Below are positions 42,582 through 50,403 of a stretch of 62,873 bases of DNA, piece after piece; within the stretch, counting starts at the first letter, position 1; each line of letters begins with the position of its first letter. The translations under genes were made by a program, and so were the position numbers. The stretch is from positions 1 through 62,873 of the forward strand of contig JADCDC010000149.1 of assembly GCA_020252385.1 (NCBI GenBank), in the 5' to 3' direction. The notes under the pieces are model-generated. The model was not told the DNA's origin, did no database searches, and saw nothing but the letters and a program-made list of their open reading frames with translations. The DNA comes from Aestuariivirga sp. (GTDB lineage Bacteria; Pseudomonadota; Alphaproteobacteria; Rhizobiales; Aestuariivirgaceae).

Positions 42582-43529
42582 GTGCGACACACAGACGAAC
42601 AGTTCATCGCCGCATGGCGGGAAAGCCTTTGCTCGCCCGCCGCAACCGCCCGCACACTCAACATCGACGTCCGCGCCGTATATCGCCGACGCCAGCGGAT
42701 GGTGGACCGCGGAATCGTGCTTGAGACGCACCCGGCAACCACTTCGGGAGCAATGCAATCGACTTACACGCAGGCTTGGTCCTACCCCCGCGAGCGCACC
42801 ATCCAAGTCGACAACGGCCACATCGTCATCTTCTCCGACGCCCACTTCTGGCCCGGCAACCGCACCGTCGCCAACGAGGCGCTGCTCACCCTGATCAAGC
42901 GGCTCAAGCCCGTCCGCGTCGTGGCGAACGGCGACATCTTCGACGGCGCCCGGGTCAGCCGCCACGACCCCCACGGCTGGGGCCAGCCGCCCTCGGTCAA
43001 GGAGGAACTGGACGCCTGCCTTGAGCGCCTGCACGAGATCGCTCTCGCCGCCCCGCGCGGAACCCATCTCGACTGGAACATCGGCAACCACGACATGCGC
43101 TTCGACAAGGCGCTCGCCATCAACGCGCCGCAATACGACGGCGTCCTTGAGCGGCTCGCCGACAAGTTCCCCGAGTGGGAACTGGCCTGGTCCATGCGCG
43201 TCAACAACACGGTCATGATCAAGCATCGTCAGGCCAACGGCATCCACGCGGCATACAACAACACCCTCAAGGGCGGCCTGTCGATGGTGACGGGCCACCT
43301 GCACCGCCTCGCCGTGACGCCGTGGGCCGACTACAATGGTCGGCGCTGGGGCGTCGACACCGGCACCCTGTCCGACCCGCTCGGCCCGCAGTTTGAGTAT
43401 CTGGAGAACAACGCCACGCCGTGGACCTCCGGCTTCGCGGTGCTGACGTTCAAGGACGGTCGCCTCCTGCCTCCCGAACTGTGCGAGGTGCTGGACGGCG
43501 TGGCCTACTTCCGCGGAGAAGCGGTGTGA
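42582..43529 (+). CDS. Calcineurin-like metallophosphoesterase
   Basis: SDAH, NGDIFD, GNHD, IKH, GHLH; AAGGAG SD before GTG. Confidence 0.88.
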   Translation: MRHTDEQFIAAWRESLCSPAATARTLNIDVRAVYRRRQRMVDRGIVLETHPATTSGAMQSTYTQAWSYPRERTIQVDNGHIVIFSDAHFWPGNRTVANEALLTLIKRLKPVRVVANGDIFDGARVSRHDPHGWGQPPSVKEELDACLERLHEIALAAPRGTHLDWNIGNHDMRFDKALAINAPQYDGVLERLADKFPEWELAWSMRVNNTVMIKHRQANGIHAAYNNTLKGGLSMVTGHLHRLAVTPWADYNGRRWGVDTGTLSDPLGPQFEYLENNATPWTSGFAVLTFKDGRLLPPELCEVLDGVAYFRGEAV

Positions 43530-43780
43530 TCAAAGAGGTCCAGTGGTTCTGGCGCCGGCTGTTCACCTTCCTGTTCACGGGGGTCAACAGCCTTGCTGTC
43601 GCCACCATCGTCTGGAAGATCGACGACCCGGGCGCTCTCAAGTGGATCGGCTTGGGCCTCATCTTTGCGAACATCATGCTCGCCTTCGTCTACATGGCGG
43701 GCGCCACGCTCGTCGACCTGACCCGCCTCAAGTCCGAAGCCATCAAGACGGCGGAAGAGGTCAAGGAGATCATCACATGA
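43526..43780 (+). CDS. Putative holin (2 TM)
   Basis: Two hydrophobic helices and a charged tail, next to the spanins. Confidence 0.62.
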   Translation: MIKEVQWFWRRLFTFLFTGVNSLAVATIVWKIDDPGALKWIGLGLIFANIMLAFVYMAGATLVDLTRLKSEAIKTAEEVKEIIT

Positions 43781-44136
43781 GGCGCTACGTCATCGCCTTC
43801 GCCATCACCTTCGTGGTCTTCTGCCTCATCGTGGCGGGCTACTACAAAGTGATGTTCGACCTCCAGCGCAAGCGCAACCAGGTCGCCGCCGCTGAGATCG
43901 CCGCCACCAAACAGGCGCTTGAAGCCTCAGAGACCTACACCGAGAAAACCGTCGTCATCCGGGAGAAGGGCAGTGCAGCCACACAACGTATATACAAAGC
44001 GCCGAGCGCGGACAGCCCTGTGCCTGACGGCGTGTTGTCTGCTTGGCGCGACGGCATTAGCCGGTTGCGCGACCCCAGCGCCAAGGCAGCCGATCCCGCA
44101 GGCGTTCAAGGAGCCGTGCAAGGGGCCGGAGGATAA
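43777..44136 (+). CDS. rz: Inner-membrane spanin
   Basis: N-terminal TM plus helical region, overlapped by a lipoprotein ORF. Confidence 0.72.
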   Translation: MRRYVIAFAITFVVFCLIVAGYYKVMFDLQRKRNQVAAAEIAATKQALEASETYTEKTVVIREKGSAATQRIYKAPSADSPVPDGVLSAWRDGISRLRDPSAKAADPAGVQGAVQGAGG

Positions 44137-44272
44137 CGTCAAGACCATCGCGGACCTCGCCGCCTTCTCCGTGCGGCAAGAGGTTGCGCTACAGGACTGC
44201 GAGGCCAAGCGGGTGGGTCTCGTCTCCCTGATCGACAAGCCCGCTGGCAAGCCTTGGTGGAGGTTCTGGTGA
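43973..44272 (+). CDS. rz1: Outer-membrane spanin lipoprotein
   Basis: Lipobox ALAGC, Pro-rich, two further Cys; +1 frame overlap with the i-spanin. Confidence 0.75.
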   Translation: MQPHNVYTKRRARTALCLTACCLLGATALAGCATPAPRQPIPQAFKEPCKGPEDNVKTIADLAAFSVRQEVALQDCEAKRVGLVSLIDKPAGKPWWRFW

Positions 44273-44766
44273 CTGGACCGCTCTGGTATCGCGTAGCCGA
44301 GAAGCAGATTGGCGTGAAGGAGATCCCCGGCGCCAAGTCAAACCCGACGATCCTGTCGTGGGCCAAGGCCCTCGGTTCACGGCTCGGCATCGCCTACACG
44401 AACGACGACACCCCGTGGTGCGGCGTGTTCACCGGCTACTGCGTCCAAGCCGCAGGCTTCAGGCCTCCGCCCATCGCCGTGCGCGCCAAGGCGTGGGCGA
44501 CGTGGGGCGAGCCGCTCGTCACCCCGACGCTCGGCTGCGTCCTCGTGTTTGAGCGACCCGGCGGTGGGCATGTCGGCTTCTACGCCGGCGAGACGACCAC
44601 CGCTTACCGTGTGCTGGGCGGCAACCAGTCCAACAGCGTCAACTATGCGTGGCTCGCCAAGGACCGCTGCATCGCCATGCGCTGGCCGGACAACAGCGCC
44701 CCTATCGTGCCGGTGCGCGTCACAGGGTTCAACGACCCGAAGCGGGTTTCGACCAACGAGGCGTAA
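44254..44766 (+). CDS. Endolysin, TIGR02594/NlpC-P60-like
   Basis: IGVKEIPG..NP.I, DDTPWC, GGGHVGF, LGGNQSNSV. Confidence 0.9.
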   Translation: MVEVLVTGPLWYRVAEKQIGVKEIPGAKSNPTILSWAKALGSRLGIAYTNDDTPWCGVFTGYCVQAAGFRPPPIAVRAKAWATWGEPLVTPTLGCVLVFERPGGGHVGFYAGETTTAYRVLGGNQSNSVNYAWLAKDRCIAMRWPDNSAPIVPVRVTGFNDPKRVSTNEA

Positions 44767-44775
44767 CCCATTCGG

Positions 44776-44804
44776 TTGGCGCATCGCGCCGATTGTGCTA
44801 GGCT
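44776..44804 (+). promoter_or_regulatory. Candidate promoter of the second tail unit
   Basis: TTGGCG-17-TAGGCT in intergenic DNA. Confidence 0.45.
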
Positions 44805-44870
44805 ATTCAGACGAGGCGGTCGCGGCCCACCACAGGGCTACGGCGTCAAGGCTCCCGACAACGGTGCTCC

Positions 44871-45515
44871 ATGGCGACGACGACCACCTTCACGACCCTC
44901 AAGGAAGATGTGCAGCGGTATCTTGAGCGTGGCTCCACGCTCGGGAACGACCCTGTCATCATCGAGCAGCTTCCGCGCCTGATCAATCTGGCCGAGCGGC
45001 GCATCGCCCGTGAACTCAAGGTGCAGGGCTTCATCAGCGTCGTCACCGGCCAGTTCACAGCCGGCCAGTCGGTGTACGCCAAGCCCGACCGTTGGCGCGA
45101 CACGGTGTCGGTCAACATCGGCGTGGGCTCTACCCGCAAGCAGGTGTTCCCTCGGTCCTACGAGTACTCGCGCCAGTACTGGCCTGACGAGAGCCTTACC
45201 GCCGAGCCGGATTTCTACAGCGACTACGACAGCAGCCACTGGCTGATCGCCCCGACGCCGGACGCCACGTACCCGTTCGAGATTCTCTATTACGAGTTGC
45301 CGCCGCTGCTTGACGACACGGTGCAGACGAACTGGTTGACCGACTACGCGCCCCAACTGCTGCTCTACGGCACGCTGCTGGAGGCGACCCCCTTCCTCAA
45401 GAACGACGAGCGCATACAGGTCTGGCAGAGCATGTACGACCGCGCCGCCGCCATGCTCAATGGCGAGGACCTCGCCAAGGTCCTCGACCGCAACTCCACC
45501 CGCAAGGAGGCGTAG
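44871..45515 (+). CDS. Putative head-tail adaptor protein
   Basis: INLAERRIAREL, APTPD, NWL..APQLLLYGTLLEA.PFLK.D.R. Confidence 0.78.
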   Translation: MATTTTFTTLKEDVQRYLERGSTLGNDPVIIEQLPRLINLAERRIARELKVQGFISVVTGQFTAGQSVYAKPDRWRDTVSVNIGVGSTRKQVFPRSYEYSRQYWPDESLTAEPDFYSDYDSSHWLIAPTPDATYPFEILYYELPPLLDDTVQTNWLTDYAPQLLLYGTLLEATPFLKNDERIQVWQSMYDRAAAMLNGEDLAKVLDRNSTRKEA

Positions 45516-47786
45516 GTGTCCTACACGCAAGTCTTCGGGGGCACGACCCTCTATCCCTCCGACGTATCGTATCTGGCCCTGTCGCTTACAGCGGACACCA
45601 CGCTGGAGTGGCCGCTGGAGTCCAGCACCCTCGCGCCGGTAGCCGCCTCGATCATCGACGTCACGCCGACTGGCGCGTTCGCCATCACCATGCCCGACGC
45701 CACGCTCACGGCTCCGGGGCAGACGGTGCTGTTCAATAACCTCGGGCCGTCAGTCGTCACGGTGCTCAAGAGCGGGGGTGGCGTGCTGTGCTCCCTTGGC
45801 GCGGGCGAGCAGTGGCAGGTCTACCTGTCCAGCAACACCACCGCCGCAGGCGACTGGAGGGTTTTCCGCTACGGTGCAGCCACCGCTTCGGCGCAGGCCG
45901 CCTCGCTGGCGGGCTACGGGCTGGTCGCTGTCGGGAACACGCTGGCTCAGGCGCAACAGGTCACGCTGTTCAACAGTTCCTACTCGCCGGGCGCCGCCGA
46001 CCGCAGCAAGGCGCTCGTGTGGACCGGCAGTTCGGGGACACTTAACCTGCCCGTCGCATCCGCAGTCGGGAACGACTATTTCCTGAGCGTCCGTAACAGT
46101 GGGACCGGCGCGCTTCTGGTCGACGGCGCCGGCAGCGACCTGGTTAACGGCGCGGCGTCCTTGTCCATGCAGCCCGGCGACAGTGCGGTCTTCATCACGG
46201 ACGGCGCCAACTGGTACACCGTGGGGCTCGGGCAGGACCCGGTGTTCGCGTTCGACTACACGTCAGTGTCTGTGTCGGGGTCTACCTACACACTGTCGGG
46301 AACGGAACTTAACCGGGTTGCGTATCGCTTCGTCGGCACGCTCACCTCGGACATCGTCGTGCGGGTCCCGAACACGGTGCAGCAGTACTGGGTGTGGAAC
46401 GACACCACGGGCGGCTCTTTCACACTCAGCGTCGCAACGCTGACGCAGTCCGCGCCACTGGTGGTGCCCCGGGGCTCGCGGGGGATTTACTACTCGGACG
46501 GCTCGAACATGGTGAAGGCCGACACGGCGTCGATCTCACTGCCGATTAACCTGAGCGATGGTGGCACCGGCGCGAGCACGGCTGCGGGCGCGCGGATAAA
46601 CCTTGGCGGATCGTCTGTCGGCATCGCGGTGTTCACCGCGGCGACCTCGCAGGCAGCCCAAGCGGCTATCGGCATCCCGGTCCCGCCGCCGTTCTCGCTG
46701 GGCACGGGCGTCTGGAACGGCGTGACGCCAACCCAACTTGACCTCACGATCCCGGTCGGCGTGGCGTACTCTCAGTCAGCCGGCCAGCAGATAATCTTCA
46801 AGGTGCCCACGTCCAGCCCGTCGGGGGCCATAACCCTCAAGGTCGGGTCGAACGCTGCGGTGTCGCTGGTCAACGTCGACGGGTCGGCGATGAACCTGCA
46901 AGACCTCATGCCCGCCGCCTCCTACTTGGCGATTTTCGACGGCACCCGGTTCCAACTCCAGACGCCCACCAACTCGGTCCTTAGCGGATACGCGCAGGCC
47001 ACCAACGGCGCCATCTCCGGCTACATCGTGTCTAATGATGTGACGAATCCGAACACGACGTTGAACATTTCCGTCGGCAACTGCCGGGACAGCACCAACA
47101 GCCGGAACATCCCGCGCACAGCGGGCATCATCAAGAACCTGTTTGCCGTATGGGCGGCTGGCACGAACCAAGGCGGGCGCGACGTCGCCACGGCCCCCGC
47201 AGCCAACGAGACCTGGCACGTACACGCCATTCTCAACGGGACCAGCGGGGTGACGGACGTTTTGCTGTCGAAGTCGGCGACCGCACCGACGCTCCCTTCG
47301 GGCTACACCCACTTCCGGCGTGTCATGTCGGTGGTCCTTGACTCGTCCGCCAACATCAAGGGTTTCGTGCAGTCTGGCAGCTATGTCCAGTTGAAGGTCC
47401 GCAACGCCGAGTTCGCGACCACCTCAAACGGTGTCGCCGCCGGCACTCTGCGCAACATGCAGGTGCCTCTTGGCCTGAAGCTGCTCCTCGATGTCTACTA
47501 CCAGAGCACGACGAGTGGGGGCAGCACAACCGACCCGGCGTTCAGCGGCTGCTTCGACCCCGACGTCGGCGTGCCGAACGGCACTCTGGCCACCAACAAC
47601 AACGCTAGGTGGGCGCAACTCCGCATACAGTGGGGCGGGTCGAACCTCGACCTGCGGTACCAGACGACCATGCTTCAGGTCTACACGAACACCAACGCTC
47701 AGATTTTCACCGCGTCCAACGACACCGGCGACGTCATCGCGGGTGGTGTGGTCGGCTGGCTCGACCCAAGGGACAATTTCTTCTGA
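45516..47786 (+). CDS. Tail fiber/spike protein
   Basis: 756 aa, Ser/Thr/Gly-rich; GGTGASTAAGARINLG; TLPSGYTHFRR. Confidence 0.75.
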   Translation: MSYTQVFGGTTLYPSDVSYLALSLTADTTLEWPLESSTLAPVAASIIDVTPTGAFAITMPDATLTAPGQTVLFNNLGPSVVTVLKSGGGVLCSLGAGEQWQVYLSSNTTAAGDWRVFRYGAATASAQAASLAGYGLVAVGNTLAQAQQVTLFNSSYSPGAADRSKALVWTGSSGTLNLPVASAVGNDYFLSVRNSGTGALLVDGAGSDLVNGAASLSMQPGDSAVFITDGANWYTVGLGQDPVFAFDYTSVSVSGSTYTLSGTELNRVAYRFVGTLTSDIVVRVPNTVQQYWVWNDTTGGSFTLSVATLTQSAPLVVPRGSRGIYYSDGSNMVKADTASISLPINLSDGGTGASTAAGARINLGGSSVGIAVFTAATSQAAQAAIGIPVPPPFSLGTGVWNGVTPTQLDLTIPVGVAYSQSAGQQIIFKVPTSSPSGAITLKVGSNAAVSLVNVDGSAMNLQDLMPAASYLAIFDGTRFQLQTPTNSVLSGYAQATNGAISGYIVSNDVTNPNTTLNISVGNCRDSTNSRNIPRTAGIIKNLFAVWAAGTNQGGRDVATAPAANETWHVHAILNGTSGVTDVLLSKSATAPTLPSGYTHFRRVMSVVLDSSANIKGFVQSGSYVQLKVRNAEFATTSNGVAAGTLRNMQVPLGLKLLLDVYYQSTTSGGSTTDPAFSGCFDPDVGVPNGTLATNNNARWAQLRIQWGGSNLDLRYQTTMLQVYTNTNAQIFTASNDTGDVIAGGVVGWLDPRDNFF

Positions 47787-48457
47787 TGTCTTGGCAAGTC
47801 CGCAAACCCTTCACCCTCGTCACCTACGGCACGTCGCTGACTACGGGTCGGCTTTCAGCGCAATGGGTTGAGCGGCTGCAACAGGCGCTCTACGGCGTGC
47901 CTGAAGCCATCGGGCCGGTGATCGTCTACAACATGGGCCGGGGCTCCCAGACGTCGGCTTGGGGCGCTGCAAACGCATATCTGGCGGCGAACATGCGGCC
48001 CACGCATATCCTGACCGAAGGGTTCGCTATCAACGATAGCGCCCTCGTCGGCGGCGTTCCGCAGGTCAGCCAGACCGACCACCTGCTGAACATGGCCAGT
48101 ATGCGGGCTACATGGAAGGCCGCGAACCCGTCGGTTGACATCACTTGGCAGACGATGAGCAGCGTCAGTTCCGACGTGGCTACCGGGCGCCCGAACTTGG
48201 CGAACTACTACGCCGACGAGATGACTTACGCCGCCGCGCAAGGCGACACCGCCATTGACAACTACTTGGGTCCCGGCGGCGCGTACCCCGGGCCGTCAGG
48301 TGGGTGGCCGAAGCCGCTTTCCCCGGCGTTGACATACGACGGCGACGGGCTGCACCCGCTCTGGTCTGGCGCCGACGACACGTACCTGTTCCCGAACGTG
48401 CGCTGGTGGGCGCGCGTCAAGATGGCGGCCTACTGGGGTCTGCCTGCTCCTGTCTAA
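47786..48457 (+). CDS. SGNH/GDSL-like esterase
   Basis: YGTSLT, NMGRGS, EGFAIND and DGLHP blocks. Confidence 0.8.
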   Translation: MSWQVRKPFTLVTYGTSLTTGRLSAQWVERLQQALYGVPEAIGPVIVYNMGRGSQTSAWGAANAYLAANMRPTHILTEGFAINDSALVGGVPQVSQTDHLLNMASMRATWKAANPSVDITWQTMSSVSSDVATGRPNLANYYADEMTYAAAQGDTAIDNYLGPGGAYPGPSGGWPKPLSPALTYDGDGLHPLWSGADDTYLFPNVRWWARVKMAAYWGLPAPV

Positions 48458-48479
48458 CCGAGTTTCACCGTAAGTTGAA

Positions 48480-48638
48480 ATGACCAAGCGCACTGAAACT
48501 TCCGTCCCGAAGCCCTATCCGAGTTGGGTGTGGGACCCTGTCACCAAGGACTGGGAGGCGCCCGTCCCGTTGCCGGAAGCCTACCGCGCATACGTGTGGG
48601 ACGAAGAGACGCTGTCCTGGCTCGAAGCAGGAGGCTGA
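48480..48638 (+). CDS. Small Trp/Pro-rich tail-associated protein (52 aa)
   Basis: PKPYPSWVWD..WEAPVPLP..YVWDEETLSW. Confidence 0.7.
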   Translation: MTKRTETSVPKPYPSWVWDPVTKDWEAPVPLPEAYRAYVWDEETLSWLEAGG

Positions 48639-48641
48639 TCC

Positions 48642-50174
48642 GTGGCTGAGAGCATCATTCGCATCCAGTCGCAACCCGGCATCAAGCGCGACGGCACCAT
48701 GCTGGAGGGCGACGCTTACGTCGACGGGCAGTGGGTGCGGTTCCAGCGCGGCCTGCCGCGGAAGATCGGCGGCTACCGTTCGATCAACAAGTACCTGTCC
48801 GAAGTCAGCCGGGCGCTGAACGCCTACACACAGAACGACCTGACCTACGTCCACTCCGGCTCGGCCAACAAGATCGAGCGGTTCTTCATCGACTCGTCGA
48901 ACAACACCTCGGTCATCACCGACCGCACCCCGACGTCGGGCTTCACGGCTGACCCCGCCAACGTCTGGCAGTTCGACATCGACAGCGATAGCACCCAGAA
49001 CCTGATCGTGGCGCAAGTGGCGCCGAACGGGGTGAACATCGCCAACAGCACCGGCGGCCAGTTGTTCTCCGGCCCGATCCTCGGCACCGCTGCCCTGACG
49101 CCGATCACCTTGCCGTCCGGCGGCAACTGCACCGGCGGCGTCGTGGCGCTGCACCCGTACACCTTCATCTACGGGACCAACGGCTACGTGGCTTGGTCCG
49201 TGGCGGGCGACCCGACCGACTTCACAGGCACAGGCAGTGGATCCGCAAACGTCACGGCGCAGAAGATCGTGAAGGCCATGCCGCTCCGTGGCGGCCCCGG
49301 CAACTCGCCGTCTGGTCTGCTGTGGTCGCTGGACGCCGTCGTGCGGGCCACCTTCGTGGGCGGGGCCGAGGTTTTCCAGTTCGACACCATCAGCACCGAG
49401 TCCTCGATCCTGTCGCCCAACGGCGTCATCGAGTACGACGGGGTGTTCTTCTGGCCGGGCGTCGACAGGTTCCTCCTGTTCAACGGCGTGGTGCGCGAAG
49501 TGCCGAACTCCATGAACCTCAACTGGTTCTTCGACGGCCTGAACGAGACCCAAGCCCAAAAGGTGTTCGCCATCAAGGTGCCTCGCTACGGGGAAATCTG
49601 GTGGTGCTACCCGCGCGGCGAGGCCACGGAGTGCAGCCACGCCATCATCTACAACGTGCGCGAGAACTCGTGGTACGACTGCGAGTTGCCGAACGGCGGC
49701 AGGTCCGCCGGCGCGACGCCCTCGGTGTTCCGCAAGCCGCTGATGACCGGCGTGCAGCTTCTCAACAGCGGTTACAAGCTGTGGGTCCACGAGACTGGCG
49801 TCGACGAGGTGGACGGCACGTCCGTCCAGCCGATCTACTCGTTCTTCGAGACGGCGGAAATCTCCTTGCCCATCTCCAACGAGGGCAAGATCAACAAGCA
49901 GCTTCAGGTGCTGGGCGTAGAGCCCGACTTCGTGCAGTCCGGCGAGATGGTCGTCTCGGTGCATGGGCGCTTCAACGCCCGCTCACCGGAAGTCGAGGGG
50001 CCGTTCATGCCGTTCCCGGAGACGGCCACCGGGCGCAACGACCAGGTCATCTACCTCGACACGCAGCGCCGCCAACTGCGGTTCCGCTTCGCGTCGAACG
50101 TGATCGGCGGCGACTACCAGATGGGTCTGGTCCTCGCACATGTCCAGCCGGGAGACGGGACGATGATCGGATGA
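48642..50174 (+). CDS. Putative tail nozzle/DNA stabilization protein
   Basis: WVRFQRGLPRKIGGY, GEIWWCYP, IIYNVRENSWY, EPDFVQSG. Confidence 0.75.
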   Translation: MAESIIRIQSQPGIKRDGTMLEGDAYVDGQWVRFQRGLPRKIGGYRSINKYLSEVSRALNAYTQNDLTYVHSGSANKIERFFIDSSNNTSVITDRTPTSGFTADPANVWQFDIDSDSTQNLIVAQVAPNGVNIANSTGGQLFSGPILGTAALTPITLPSGGNCTGGVVALHPYTFIYGTNGYVAWSVAGDPTDFTGTGSGSANVTAQKIVKAMPLRGGPGNSPSGLLWSLDAVVRATFVGGAEVFQFDTISTESSILSPNGVIEYDGVFFWPGVDRFLLFNGVVREVPNSMNLNWFFDGLNETQAQKVFAIKVPRYGEIWWCYPRGEATECSHAIIYNVRENSWYDCELPNGGRSAGATPSVFRKPLMTGVQLLNSGYKLWVHETGVDEVDGTSVQPIYSFFETAEISLPISNEGKINKQLQVLGVEPDFVQSGEMVVSVHGRFNARSPEVEGPFMPFPETATGRNDQVIYLDTQRRQLRFRFASNVIGGDYQMGLVLAHVQPGDGTMIG

Positions 50175-50401
50175 TCAACCCGCGAAACATGACGCTGACA
50201 GACTGGGCGGATAGTGTTATCCTCTCGACGAGTGATGCGTGGTCCTTCGGCAAGCTGGAGGACGAGTCGCGTTGGCAAGACTGGGCCATCGGCTTCGTGA
50301 GAGCATCACAGTTCACACAGCAGGTCGTCCCGGACCCCTATCAGTTTGCGGACTGGCGCGACTGGGCCGAGCGCGCTTATCCCATGCTTGAGGTGAACTG
50401 A
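50171..50401 (+). CDS. Small Trp-rich hypothetical protein (76 aa)
   Basis: MINPRNMTLTDWAD..WQDWA..PDPYQFADWRDWA. Confidence 0.72.
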   Translation: MINPRNMTLTDWADSVILSTSDAWSFGKLEDESRWQDWAIGFVRASQFTQQVVPDPYQFADWRDWAERAYPMLEVN

Positions 50402-50403
50402 CG

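Noticed and set aside
38170-47786. Diversity-generating retroelement or invertible tail-fiber switch
   Set aside because: No reverse transcriptase, invertase or template/variable repeat pair was seen.
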